Shown here piece after piece: positions 1-10,600 of a DNA stretch of 64,000 nt. The stretch lies in the NCBI RefSeq assembly GCF_938030725.1, contig NZ_CALHIQ010000013.1, forward strand, positions 6,461 to 70,460. The letters run 5' to 3'. Made by a program: the position numbers and the translations under genes. The stretch comes from an uncultured Fretibacterium sp. (GTDB lineage: Bacteria; Synergistota; Synergistia; Synergistales; Aminobacteriaceae). Below the pieces are notes generated by a model. That model was not told the DNA's origin. It searched no databases and was given only the letters and a program-made list of their open reading frames with translations. How positions within the stretch are numbered: the stretch's first letter is position 1; each line of letters begins with the position of its first letter.

Positions 1-1
1 C

Positions 2-355
2 GTGGTGGTCCTGATCGCCGTGGGCGGCAGCTCCACGGTGGCCCTGTTGTTGGGGGGCAACATGTTCAAGAAGAAGTATGAGGAGATGGGGGTCAACACG
101 CTGAACCTCTCCCGAACCCTCGAGGACTTCGGCACGGGCTGTTCCGGCTTCTTCCCCTGGACGTCGTCGGGCATCCTGTATGCGAGCGTGCTCTTCTCCT
201 CCAGCCTGACCTTCCTTCAGTACTCTTTCTTCAGTTGGCTGGTGTGGATCTTCGCCATCGTCTACGGCTTCACGGGCATCTGCATCCAGAAGCAGCCGAC
301 GGCCAAACAGCTTGCGGCGCAGCGCGAGAGGGAAGAAAGCGCGGCGGGGGCGTAA
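2..355 (+). CDS. NhaC-family Na+/H+ antiporter / amino-acid transporter, C-terminal fragment (truncated by window start)
   Basis: LSRTLEDFGT..FFPW motif and hydrophobic C-terminal helices typical of NhaC. Confidence 0.8.
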   Translation: MVVLIAVGGSSTVALLLGGNMFKKKYEEMGVNTLNLSRTLEDFGTGCSGFFPWTSSGILYASVLFSSSLTFLQYSFFSWLVWIFAIVYGFTGICIQKQPTAKQLAAQREREESAAGA

Positions 356-1176
356 TGACCATGTATTCCGACGTTCACGTCCACACCTGCTTTTCCAGCG
401 ATTCCAACACGCCTCCGGAGGCACAGCTCGAACGCGCCATCAAGCGCGGGCTGAAACACATTTGCATTACGGACCATCAGGACTACGATTATCCCGGCTG
501 GCACGGTAACGTCTACCTGCTCTCGGAGACGGGGGATGTCGAGGGCTACCTGAAGAAGCTCCATGAAGTGAAAGAGGCTTACAGCGATCGCATTGAAGTG
601 TTCATCGGGATCGAGTACGGCCTAATGCCGCACCTCGCGGAGCGCATTGACATGGAGTACGCCAGGTATCCCTTCGACATGGTGATCGGCTCCACGCACT
701 GCTTCAGCGGCCGGGATACGGAGGACCCTTCGCTCTACGAGGGGCGGTCCAAGGAGGCCGCCATCCGGGAGTACCTTGAGACGCAGTTGGAGAACCTGAC
801 GTGCATCAACGGTTACGACACCGTCGGGCACCTGGATTACGTCCTTCGGGACATCCCCGGAAAAAACGAGGGGTTCCGCTACGAAACGTATGCGGACGTC
901 CTTGACGAAACCATGAGGACGATCATCCGGAAGGGGAAGGCCCTTGAGCTGAACACGAAGTCGTTGGTGATCGGCATGAGGGATTCCAGCCCCGGGCGGG
1001 ACGTGTTCCGAAGGTACAGGGAGCTAGGCGGCGAGTTGATTACCCTGGGCTCGGACGCGCACTTCCCGGAGCGGATCGGGGCATGTTTTGACGTGGCTGG
1101 CGAAATTTTGCGGGATGCGGGCTTCAGGGAGTATTACGTTTACAGGAAACACAAGCCTGTACCCATGCCGCTTTGA
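355..1176 (+). CDS. Histidinol-phosphatase HisJ-family PHP protein
   Basis: DVHVHT..S.D, ITDH, GIE, GSTH, GHLD, LELNT, GSDAH motifs; ATG overlaps upstream stop (TAATG). Confidence 0.85.
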   Translation: MTMYSDVHVHTCFSSDSNTPPEAQLERAIKRGLKHICITDHQDYDYPGWHGNVYLLSETGDVEGYLKKLHEVKEAYSDRIEVFIGIEYGLMPHLAERIDMEYARYPFDMVIGSTHCFSGRDTEDPSLYEGRSKEAAIREYLETQLENLTCINGYDTVGHLDYVLRDIPGKNEGFRYETYADVLDETMRTIIRKGKALELNTKSLVIGMRDSSPGRDVFRRYRELGGELITLGSDAHFPERIGACFDVAGEILRDAGFREYYVYRKHKPVPMPL

Positions 1177-1295
1177 GGCGAGGACAGGAGCGGGGACCGA
1201 GGCGGGGTTGCGCGCCCCGGCCCCGATTGTCGTTGAGGGCCAAAGGTTCATGTGATTTTATTGATGCAACGGAAAATGGCACGGAGGTGGAGGAT

Positions 1296-2048
1296 ATGGC
1301 GCGTTATGAGGAGCTCAAGGGGCGGCGCGTGATGGTGACGGGCGCTGCCAGCGGCATCGGGCTGGCGACGGCCTGTCGGTTTGCGAAGGAGGGCGCACGG
1401 GTCTTTATCGTGGACTACAACGCGGAGGCCTTGGAGGAGACGCGGAAAGCGCATCCGGAGTTCGCCGGCTTCTCTGCGGCCGACGTCTCGAAGGAGGAGG
1501 ACGTGGCTGCGGCCTTTCGGCAGATGGACCGGGAGCTCGGCGGCATCGACGTCCTGATCTCCAACGCCGGGATCAGCGTGCGAAACGACGCCCTGGACGT
1601 CTCCTACAGCCAGTGGAACCGCACGATGGGCATCAACCTGGGAGGCATGTTCCTGTGCGCTCGGGAGGCGGGCCGTCGCATGAGGGACCAGGGCGGCGGC
1701 GTCATCCTGATGACGGCCTCCACCAACGGCACGGAGGGACACCGCTGGTACGCGGACTACAACGCCTCGAAGGCCGGCGTCATCCTGTTGACCAAGACGA
1801 TGGCGCTTGAGCTGGCGCCCGTCGTGCGCGTCAACTGCGTCTGCCCTGGCTACGTCCTGACGCCCATGCAGCGCGCGGAGTACACGGACGAGATGTTGGC
1901 GAAGGTCAACGAGGGCATCCCCATGAAGCGTCATGCGGAGCCGGAGGAGATCGCCGCGCTCTACGCCTTCCTGGCGTCCGACGACGCCCGGTACATCACG
2001 GGCGCGGACGTCCGCATCGACGGCGGCGAAACCGCGGGGCTGTATTGA
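1296..2048 (+). CDS. Short-chain dehydrogenase/reductase (FabG-like)
   Basis: TGAASGIG, SNAG, YNASK, DGG; GGAGG RBS before ATG 1296. Confidence 0.9.
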   Translation: MARYEELKGRRVMVTGAASGIGLATACRFAKEGARVFIVDYNAEALEETRKAHPEFAGFSAADVSKEEDVAAAFRQMDRELGGIDVLISNAGISVRNDALDVSYSQWNRTMGINLGGMFLCAREAGRRMRDQGGGVILMTASTNGTEGHRWYADYNASKAGVILLTKTMALELAPVVRVNCVCPGYVLTPMQRAEYTDEMLAKVNEGIPMKRHAEPEEIAALYAFLASDDARYITGADVRIDGGETAGLY

Positions 2049-2061
2049 CGCTGCGCCGCGC

Positions 2062-2090
2062 TTGCACTGCACCGAGTCCTGTGCGATAAT
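2062..2090 (+). promoter_or_regulatory. sigma70-type promoter for the nhaC-family gene
   Basis: TTGCAC-17 bp-GATAAT with extended TG. Confidence 0.5.
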
Positions 2091-2223
2091 TCTTGAAAAA
2101 TTTTGTGCCGCAACGGAAACGGCCGTCGTCTTTCAAAAAATATGAGCCGTGAGTGTGCGTTGAACCTTGAGAACGAGCGCTCACGGCCTTGATCTATACT
2201 TAAATTTAAGGAGTGAGCTTTTA

Positions 2224-3708
2224 ATGATCGCACTGTTGAAACTGAGCCCCATTGCTGTCCTGGCGGGAATGATGATCGGCGGCATCGACATCCTGCTCTC
2301 CGCGCCCGTCGCCTTCGTCTGTGCCGTGCTCGTCGCCATGGCGACGGAGCACTACACCTTCGGCGAGCTTCAGGACGCCGCGCTGGACAACCTGCGGCAT
2401 TTCCTGATCGTGTTCCTGATCCTCCAGGCGGCCTACGCCGTGGCGGAGTGCTTCATGTCCACCGGAGTGGCGGCCGCCATCATCAACATGGCGCTCTCCA
2501 TGGGGATGACGGCCAAACTCGTGGCGCCTGCCTGCCTGGTCGTGACGGCGATCCTCTCCGTGGCGACGGGCACGTCCTGGGGCACCTTCGCCGCCTGCGC
2601 GCCCATCTTCCTCTGGCTGAACCACATCGTGGGCGGCAGCACGGTGCTGGTGGTCGCGGCGGCGGTGGGCGGCAGCTGCTTTGGGGACAACATCGGCCTG
2701 ATCTCCGACACGACGGTGGTCAGCTCCGGGATGCAGAACGTTTCCGTCATCGACCGCGTGCGCCATCAGGGCGTTTGGTCCGCGCTGTGCCTGGCGCTTG
2801 GGGTTGCTGCGTTCTACCTCGCCTCGGTCAGCATGGGCCTCTCGGACGTGGCGGGCAGCGCGGAGGAGGCCATCCGTCAGATTCCTGACACGGTGTGGGC
2901 CGCCCTCGAGGAGAAGCGCCCCGCGGCTGTAACGCTGCTGCACCAGGTGCAGGCCGGTGTGCCGTACTACATGGTGATCCCGCTGGTGCTGGTGCTCATC
3001 ATGGCGGCGCGGGGCACCAGCACGCTGATCTGCCTGGGCACGGGCATCCTGAGCTCCCTGATCTTCGGCTTCGCTGCGGGGACGGTGACGAGCCTCTCCG
3101 CCTTTGGGGAGCGCGTCTACGCGGGCTTCTCCGACGCGGGGGGCTGGTCCATCGCCATGATGCTGTGGGTGGGGGCCTTTGGGGGCGTCATGCGCAAGAT
3201 GAACGCCTTTGACCCCATCGCGGCCGCCGTGCTGAGGTGCGTGTCCAAGGTGCGGCAGCTGATGTTCGCCAACGCGGCGCTGTGTCTCCTGGGCAACGCG
3301 GCCCTGGCGGACGAGATGGCGCAGATCGTCACCCTCAGCCCCATCATCCGTAACCTGACGGAGCAGAACGTGGAGGGCGACCCGAAGGCCATGTATCGGC
3401 TGGCGCTGCGCAACGCCACCTTCGCGGACGCGATGGCCGTGCTGGGCGCGGAACTCATCCCGTGGCACGCCTACATGGCGTTCTTTGCGGGGATCACCTG
3501 GGCGGTGTATCCGCTGGCGGTGGGCACCGTTTCGCTGGGCGGCATCATCCTGCACAACTACTTCGCGTGGATTGCCGTCGGCTCCATGCTGATCCTGACC
3601 TGGACGGGGTGGGACCGATTCATCCCCCTCTTCTCCATCCCGACGGAGCCGGAGGTGCGCCTCCGCAGGGCGGCGGACCCCAAACCTGAGGAAAAAGTCG
3701 AAAAATAA
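2224..3708 (+). CDS. NhaC-family Na+/H+ antiporter / amino-acid transporter
   Basis: GTSWGT and FGDNIGLISDTT signatures, many TM helices, AAGGAG RBS. Confidence 0.88.
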   Translation: MIALLKLSPIAVLAGMMIGGIDILLSAPVAFVCAVLVAMATEHYTFGELQDAALDNLRHFLIVFLILQAAYAVAECFMSTGVAAAIINMALSMGMTAKLVAPACLVVTAILSVATGTSWGTFAACAPIFLWLNHIVGGSTVLVVAAAVGGSCFGDNIGLISDTTVVSSGMQNVSVIDRVRHQGVWSALCLALGVAAFYLASVSMGLSDVAGSAEEAIRQIPDTVWAALEEKRPAAVTLLHQVQAGVPYYMVIPLVLVLIMAARGTSTLICLGTGILSSLIFGFAAGTVTSLSAFGERVYAGFSDAGGWSIAMMLWVGAFGGVMRKMNAFDPIAAAVLRCVSKVRQLMFANAALCLLGNAALADEMAQIVTLSPIIRNLTEQNVEGDPKAMYRLALRNATFADAMAVLGAELIPWHAYMAFFAGITWAVYPLAVGTVSLGGIILHNYFAWIAVGSMLILTWTGWDRFIPLFSIPTEPEVRLRRAADPKPEEKVEK

Positions 3709-4046
3709 ACCTTAAGACCCATGCACAAAAACACCTTATCCTGTAAGATATAGCCAAGCTGATCTTCAGGTGGGGACACGTGAGGACGGCGACATCGTCG
3801 GCCAAGGCGAAGTTTTTCGATTCTGACGGCAGGAGAGGAGGTGCAGAACCCCCAAGATGCCATAAGGGACGGGAAGCCAAGGCGCTGGTTCGGCAGGGTG
3901 TTTCTCTCGACAGGGGAAGGGAATGGGAAAAGGGAACAAGGCAACTTCTCCCGGAACCCCCCGAATCGCAGGGCAGTGCCCCAGGGACGAGGACGGTGCA
4001 TGTCAAAAGGTATTTTGACAACCAAATAAGGGGGTTTCACAAGATC

Positions 4047-5561
4047 ATGAAGAAGTTTGCAGCAGCAATTGCAGTTGCGGTGCTTTTTGCTTTCGCGGCG
4101 CCCGTGTTCGCGGCCACCAACCCGTTCATGGACGTTCCGATGAACCACTGGGCTTATGACGCCATCGGTCAGCTTGCCGCTCACGGCATCCTTTCCGGCT
4201 ATCCGGACGGCACCTACAAGGGCAAGCAGCCCACGACGCGTTACGAGATGGCTTCCGCTCTCGCCCGCGCGCTGGCGGTCGTCGACATGACGAAGGCCAG
4301 CAAGCAGGACGTGGAGATGCTGAAGAAGCTCGTCGTTGAGTTCAAGGATGAGTTGGAGGCTCTGGGCGTCAAGGTCGAGAACCTGGACGAGAGGGTCAGC
4401 TTGCTTGAGGATCGCCTGGGCGGATGGCATATCCACGCTCAGATGCGCCTTGACGTTAATAACTACGACGATCGCGATGCTCCTGAGTCGGAGAACAAGG
4501 TCTACTTGCAGCGTGGGCGTCTGTGGATCGAGCGGTGGTTCGGCGACGAGGAGAACCCCATGCACGCCGTGATCCGTATGGACGAGGGGAACAAAAACTG
4601 GAGCCGTTTCTATGTCGATATTCCGTTCTTCTTCGACACGACCTTCACGGCAGGTCGCTTCAACTGGGAGCTTGAGGATGAGTACTACATCGGTGGTGCG
4701 ACGGCCCTCCCGGCGACGGGGACCTTTGCGGCCTACGACAGCATCCTGACGGACCGGACACTGGATGGCCTTGGCATTCAGAAGCAGTGGGGCATGGGCA
4801 AGTTCTTCGCCTACGTGGCACACCCCAGCGAGGAATACTTCGATCACAGGGATAAGGACCTGAAAGCGTTTGGGGCGTGGGAGCTTGTTGTGGCGGCTCA
4901 GCTTCAGTTCACGGAGCGCTTCGGCTTCGACTTGGGTGCTCAGGCCTTCCTTGGTGACAACGCAGAGTATGTTGATACCGCAACCAACAGCGGTTGGAGT
5001 TTCGACAACCTGTGGACGATCTATGCGGGCCTTCGCTTCAACTTCAACGACGACATCGCGCTGAAGGGCATCTTCTACCACCAGCAGCTGAACGGCGATG
5101 TCTGGGCGCAGAACGCTGCAGGCACCTACGTCTGGCAGGAGGCTGACCTCGACAGCACGAACCACTGGAAGTTGATCGTGGACGTCAAGCAGGAGGCTCT
5201 GAAGTTCACCAGCCTGTGGCTGGAGTATGGCCAGATGGACGAGGGCTTCATCGTCCCGACGGGCCTTGGTGACAATGGAGCGCTGTTCACCAGCAAATAC
5301 TTTGGTGAAGTGCTTCCTGACGACCTGAAGTACTGGCGTGCGGCACTGGGCCAGACTTGGAACGACAAGTGGGCCACCCACCTGTTCTACAACGGCTACA
5401 ACTTCGACGATATGGACGACCTGACGGAGTGGGGCCTGGGCGTTCAGTACACCTACAACCCCAGCGTGAAGTTTGGTCTTAACTTCGTGAAGATCGACTG
5501 GGACAGCGACAACATTAATGATGACCACGTCATTCGCTTCCGTACCCAGGTTACGTTCTAG
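4047..5561 (+). CDS. S-layer homology (SLH) domain outer-membrane beta-barrel protein (OmpM/porin-like)
   Basis: Signal peptide, SLH motif FMDVP.NHWAY..GILSGYPDGT..TRYEMA, coiled coil, amphipathic beta strands, C-terminal Phe (FRTQVTF). Confidence 0.88.
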   Translation: MKKFAAAIAVAVLFAFAAPVFAATNPFMDVPMNHWAYDAIGQLAAHGILSGYPDGTYKGKQPTTRYEMASALARALAVVDMTKASKQDVEMLKKLVVEFKDELEALGVKVENLDERVSLLEDRLGGWHIHAQMRLDVNNYDDRDAPESENKVYLQRGRLWIERWFGDEENPMHAVIRMDEGNKNWSRFYVDIPFFFDTTFTAGRFNWELEDEYYIGGATALPATGTFAAYDSILTDRTLDGLGIQKQWGMGKFFAYVAHPSEEYFDHRDKDLKAFGAWELVVAAQLQFTERFGFDLGAQAFLGDNAEYVDTATNSGWSFDNLWTIYAGLRFNFNDDIALKGIFYHQQLNGDVWAQNAAGTYVWQEADLDSTNHWKLIVDVKQEALKFTSLWLEYGQMDEGFIVPTGLGDNGALFTSKYFGEVLPDDLKYWRAALGQTWNDKWATHLFYNGYNFDDMDDLTEWGLGVQYTYNPSVKFGLNFVKIDWDSDNINDDHVIRFRTQVTF

Positions 5562-5589
5562 TCACGAGAATCACGAACGGTCTTGAATT

Positions 5590-5629
5590 AAAAAGAGAGC
5601 GGGAGGCTTTTGCCTCCCGCTCTCTTTTT
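5590..5629. terminator. Bidirectional intrinsic terminator
   Basis: AAAAAGAGAGCGGGAGGC-tttt-GCCTCCCGCTCTCTTTTT perfect inverted repeat between convergent genes. Confidence 0.9.
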
Positions 5630-5784
5630 GCCTCCCTTGAAATCCGTGACAGCCCCCTGCATACGCAGACGGCCAACGTAGCGCAGTGAGATGTGCCGGT
5701 CGCTTAGGGGCTTCATTAGGGGGCGAAAAAACGCAGGCGCCCCCCACGAGGGGAGCGCCTGTCCTTTGGCCTTCGCCGGCAGCC

Positions 5785-6710
5785 TCACGGTTGCCCGCTC
5801 CGCAGTGCCTCAACCTCGTCAGGGGAAAGGCCGGTGAAGTCAACGACCTGCTCCAGCGGTACGCCCCTCACCAACATCCGCCGCGCCGTGGAGGCAATGC
5901 CTTCAGCCTTACCTCTGGCTTCACCTTTAGCCTCACCTTCGGCAAACCCTTCGGTTCTGCCTTCTGCCCTGGCTGCTCGACGGATCGTTTCCTCGATCGT
6001 CAGATTGTCCACCATCGCTTTGTAGCTCAAAATGTAGCGCAGACGCTCCTCGTGGTTCTGCAAAAACACCCTCTCCAGGTCAAGAGCCTCGCCGATCATC
6101 GGGTCCTGCACCATCGCCTCAGGCATCTTCTTCGCCTCCATTCCTGCAAGATACAGCAGCCAGTACTCCAGGCGGTTCCGGGGCACACCCTGACGGACGT
6201 ACTTCGGCACCTCCAGGTAGACTAGCTTCAAATCCTCGCACAACTTCTCCCCCGTTTCCTCGTCGCACAGGCTGAACGCCCGGTGGAAACGATCTCCCTC
6301 GAACAAGCTGAACGCCAGAATGTGGATCGAGATCGTCTTCCTCAGGTCCAGGTAGGAATCCCCTGCCCTCATCTGAGAGGCGTGCAGGGTGCTCAGGTAA
6401 TAGGCGGAGCGTTGGGGATAGTCGTTCCTGTTCCTCACCTGTACCTCGACCTCCACCTGTGTGCCGTCCGCCATGCTGGCCACGATGTCGAGGTAGACGT
6501 TTTTAAGCAGGCGACCGCCTTTCCACAAGGCGTTAGCCTTGTGGGGCGTGTCGATCCTTATGTCGATGCGCGGCACAGTTGCCGCGCAATCGACGAGCTG
6601 GAATGAGGCAGGAGGTAGGGACTATCTTCCTCAACCTGCTGTTCCGTCACGGGGCCCTTTGCCGGGTAGATGGGGTGCAGGGCCTCCCTGCCGATGCTCT
6701 CCTCGTCCAT
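5785..6710 (-). pseudogene. Rpn-family (PD-(D/E)XK nuclease / putative transposase), probably frameshifted near the 5' end
   Basis: ORF 6576-5785 has LDI..EVEVQ, R..YYL, LEVPK and xxEG repeats, with an in-frame TAG at 6624-6622; the RBS-bearing ATG at 6710 is in another frame and stops at 6558. Confidence 0.65.
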
Positions 6711-6807
6711 GCGCTCAACCCTCCCAAGAACGTCATTTTGTACTGCGATGATATCATAACGAAACAGCGACCGGGAGGGGTTGTCTTCACGCTCAACAGC
6801 ACCCCCC

Positions 6808-6950
6808 TTCGGGGGGGCCTTCCGGATGCCGTTCGCCCTTGCTCACGGGCCGTCAGTCCCCCACTTTCGGGGAGCCTTCCGGCAGCCATTCGCTATCGCT
6901 CATGGGCCGTCAGTCCCAGCCCCTTCGGGGGCAGCCCCCCTTGCAAGGGG
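6808..6950. repeat. Imperfect ~58 bp tandem repeat (about 2.3 copies) ending in a GC hairpin; REP-like
   Basis: TTCGGGG..GCCTTCCGG...GCC.TTCGC...GCTCA.GGGCCGTCAGTCCC starts at ~6808 and ~6866, partial copy at ~6924. Confidence 0.7.
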
Positions 6951-6972
6951 CGAAGTCAGTTTGGGTTTGGGT

Positions 6973-7560
6973 TCAGGGGAGGATATCCGTCAGGTCCTCG
7001 TCCGGCGGGGTGTCCGCATCCTGTTCCAGCTCGTCCGTCGAGGCCTCGTCGCCGTTCTCATCCCCGCTGGCCGCCTCCACGATCTGTTCGTCTACCGAGG
7101 CGGGTGCTGTGGCGTCCAGCGCGGGGGAATGTAACTGCGGTCCCGCTGCGTCGAAGCTGGGCTCAAGGCTGGGCCCCAGGGAGGGATTGCCCCGCAGGTC
7201 GTCGATGAAGTGCTCCAGGGACTGCCTGACCTGCTGGAAGGCTTCCATGCCCATCAGCTTCTCCGTCCATGGAAACTGCCGCAGCGTTTCCTCCGGCAGG
7301 GCCAGGAGGGCCCCGCCTGCCGCGACAACCAGGAGGAGCAGTAGCGCCAGGGTACAGCCACACCCCGCGCCCTGACGCTTCCGGGCCTGCATCGCAGACT
7401 GTGGCTCCCGGCGCGCCGGGCCCTCAAGGCGCGGAACGATGTCGAAGCCCATGTCCAGCAGAAGGTTTTCCCGTGCCGTCGCGTACTCCTCCCCGGTGAT
7501 GTACTCCTCGTGCAGCAACTCCTCCAGGTCGTCCAGCCTTTGTCTGATGCCGTCCTTCAT
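6973..7560 (-). CDS. SHOCT-domain single-pass membrane protein
   Basis: N-terminal LDDLEELL..EYIT.EEY...R.NLL, GCGC followed by a TM helix, acidic tail. Confidence 0.6.
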   Translation of the reverse strand: MKDGIRQRLDDLEELLHEEYITGEEYATARENLLLDMGFDIVPRLEGPARREPQSAMQARKRQGAGCGCTLALLLLLVVAAGGALLALPEETLRQFPWTEKLMGMEAFQQVRQSLEHFIDDLRGNPSLGPSLEPSFDAAGPQLHSPALDATAPASVDEQIVEAASGDENGDEASTDELEQDADTPPDEDLTDILP

Positions 7561-7676
7561 GCGTCAACCCATTCCTCGCTCTCATTAAGTCAGGAGGGGC
7601 AGGGTCGCCCACCCCTCCCTTTGTTTTATCCGGGGGTTCTCCCTGTGTTTTCGTGCGCCTTAAACCGTTTGGAGCC

Positions 7677-10600
7677 TCAGTTGAACAACCCCTCCAGTCC
7701 CTTCTTCAGCTCTTTGCCCAGCTCCTCTTTCAACTGGTCCTTGATCTGGTCGCCCTGGCTCTTTTGAGCCTCGTCGTCCTGCGAGGCAGGCTGCTGTCCC
7801 TGGCCCTCGTTCCCCGATGGGATGATGGCGTCCAGGACCCGATCCGTTATCCGGTCCACGGCGTCCTTGCTCTCCGGTGCCTCGGGCTGAGGCGCGGCCG
7901 TCCCTCCGCCGGGCTGAACCTGAACCGCTGGCGTGCCCTGATCCGCGCTCGTCATGACCGCCGCGCCCTGCGACTCGTCCTTCAGCGTGGAGGGGCCGAT
8001 CTTGAGGTCCTTCACGGAGGGCGCATCTGCCTTGCCCTTCAGCGTCAGGGTGACGGTGCGGAAGTCCGCCCGTGCGCCGCCCTTCTGCGCCCCCTCGAGG
8101 CCCCCGCCGAGCGCCTGCTTCAGCGTGTCGGCCACGTTTGTGCCGCCCTCCAGCAGGCCGCCCAGGGCGCCCGTGCCGCCGCCCGTCAGCGCGTTGACGA
8201 GCTGGTAGTTCACCATGAGCTCAATGGGAACGTTGAGCGTCTTATCGAAGTTGATCACACCGTCGGAGGCGATCTTAGCGTAGCGGTACAGCGGGTCGCC
8301 CTTCGGGGCCGTCGCCTCTGCGCCGGCGTGAAGGATCAGCTTGCCCGTCTTGACGGTGAAGGGCGCCTTGACGCTGACGTAGCGGACGCCCTGCGTACCG
8401 TAGAGGCGCGTCACGACGTCCAGCCCGCTGAAGCCCGTGACGGCCCCCTCGCCCATGGTGAACTGACCCGTTCCGGCGTAGCTCAGGCCCTTCGCCGCGC
8501 TGCCGTTGAGCTTCAGGCTGAGTTGGCCTCTGCCCGTAACCCTGCCGCCCAGGCCGCCCGTCACGTCCTGGAGCAGCGCGTTCACGTCCAGTCCGTCGGC
8601 GGAGAGCTCGTCGCTGAACTTCAAGGACCCCGTATCGAAGGTCAGACTGTTCCTGGCGCTGCCGCCGTAGAGCCTCGCCGTGCCTCCCGACGAGGCGAAG
8701 GTGGAGCCGTTGTAAGATAGGGGCAGGTTGACCTCCGTCAGGTTCAGGCCGAAGGCCTTCAGGGCCGGAGAGGTGAGGGCCCCCTTGCCGGAGAGCCCGC
8801 CCGAACCGCCCGTCACGTTGAAGGTCAGGTTCGCCTTGCCGCTGATCTGCCCCGCGGCGTCCGGGTAGTCCTTCGTCAGGGCCGCCAGGTCCAGGGCCGT
8901 GCCTTGAATGGAGAGGTTGGCGGACAGGGGGGCGAACTGCACCGTGCCGGAGGCACTGAGGGGCGAGCCGCCCGCCTCCGCCTTGAAGGCGTTGATTCGA
9001 AGCTCCTTTTGTGTCCCCGAGGCGTCGGCCGTCAGGTTCATCAGGGTGAGCCCCTGGGCCGTGACGGAGGGCGCGCTGCCGTTGAAGCTGAAGGTCGGCG
9101 CTCCTACCGTTCCCCCGATGCCGACGTTGCCCGTCAGGACGCCCTTCAAGTCCAGCCCCGATGCCTGAGCCAGGGGCTTCAGGTCCAGTCGGTCCAGGTT
9201 GAAGGTCAGGTTCAGCTTGGAGTCGGGCGAGGAGCCTGCCGTTCCGCTGCCCGTAATGGAGCCGCCGCCGCTTCGGGCGCTGAAGCCGGCCAGGCTGATG
9301 GCGTCCCCGGCCTTGCTCACCTTCGCCGCCACGTCCGTGAGGGTCGTCCCCGATGCCTCCACGCTGTCTGCACGGGCGCTCAGCTCCAGCCGGTTCAACA
9401 CTGCAACTCCGCCGTCGAGGGCCGTGGAGAGCTCCAGGCCGCGAACCGTCAGGAGGTTCATGACGGAGAGGTTGGCGCTGGAGGCGACCAGGTCCACGTG
9501 GGGAGCCGGCAGGTTCCCTGTCAGCTTGATGCCGGCGCTCACGTTCCCCTTCAGGGAGTAGGCGCGCACCTGGGGCGCCAGGACTTCCAATGCCGCTGGC
9601 GCGATGGTGAGCGTCGCGCTCATGTCGATGGAGGGCTTGGCGGCGGTCAGGGGGCCCAGCTTGCCCGATAGGGTTACGGGCATTCCGTTCAGCGTGCCGC
9701 TGCTCTTCTGGATGGAGAGCGTCCCTCCGGCGTAGGCGAAGCTCACGGAGGGCTTGTCCAGTGCGTACTGCTGGCCAGAAAGCTTCGCGGAAACCGCAGG
9801 GCTCTCGATCGTGCCGCTGATGGAGGGGTTGGAGGTACCGCCGCGGATGGCGAGCCGCGTCGTAACCTGCCCTGCCAGGTCGTACTGCGACGCGCCGGGG
9901 ATCAGTGAGGCGACGCGGGTCAGGTCCAGCCCCTGAAGCGTGGCCTTGAGGTCCATCTTGGGGCCGGTCAGGAGCGAGGCGACCTTGCCGTTCAGGAAGC
10001 CCTTCGCTCCCTCGAAGTTGAACTTGCCGTCCAGGGTGGCGCTGTCGCTGTTGGCAAGCTTCAACTGAGCCCTGACGTCCGTTGCCGTCCGGCCCTGCCA
10101 GCTCACCTTGGGGGCCGTCAGGTTCACGGCGCCGCTCAGGGCCTTCACGGGGCCCTGGATGTTGGCGCTGAAGGAGGAAACGCGCCCGCCCAGCCCCGCG
10201 AGGGTTGGGAAGGTCTTCTCCAGCCCCTCCAGCGCGGCGTCCGTCCCCTCCAGCTTGATCGTGACGGAGGGTGCTTTCCCCTCCTCGACGTTGACGGCCG
10301 CGGTCCCCGTGATGGGGACGTTCAGGGCCGAGGCGTCGATGTTGCTGATGGAGATGTGTCCTCCGCTGTAGTCCACGTTGGCCGCCACCCGCTCCACGGG
10401 GTAGCCTCCCAGCCGGGTGCCTCGATAGTTCACGGTGCTCGTGATCTTGAGCGCCGCCGTCGTGCCGCTGGCCTCGACGCTGAGGTTCGCCGTTCCGCTG
10501 TAATCGTTCGAGTCCAGCGCGGGCAGGATCGCCATGAGTTCTTGAAGGTCCAGCTCCTGCACGGCGCCCTGTAGGTCGAGTGTCGTGACCGTGTTCTGCT

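Noticed and set aside
3830..4000. Possible cobalamin or c-di-GMP riboswitch in the SLH-porin leader (AAAAGGGAA, GTGCCCC fragments)
   Set aside because: B12-box and core pairings could not be found; only scattered short matches
6808..6950. CRISPR array
   Set aside because: Repeats are contiguous and degenerate with no unique spacers, and no cas genes are present
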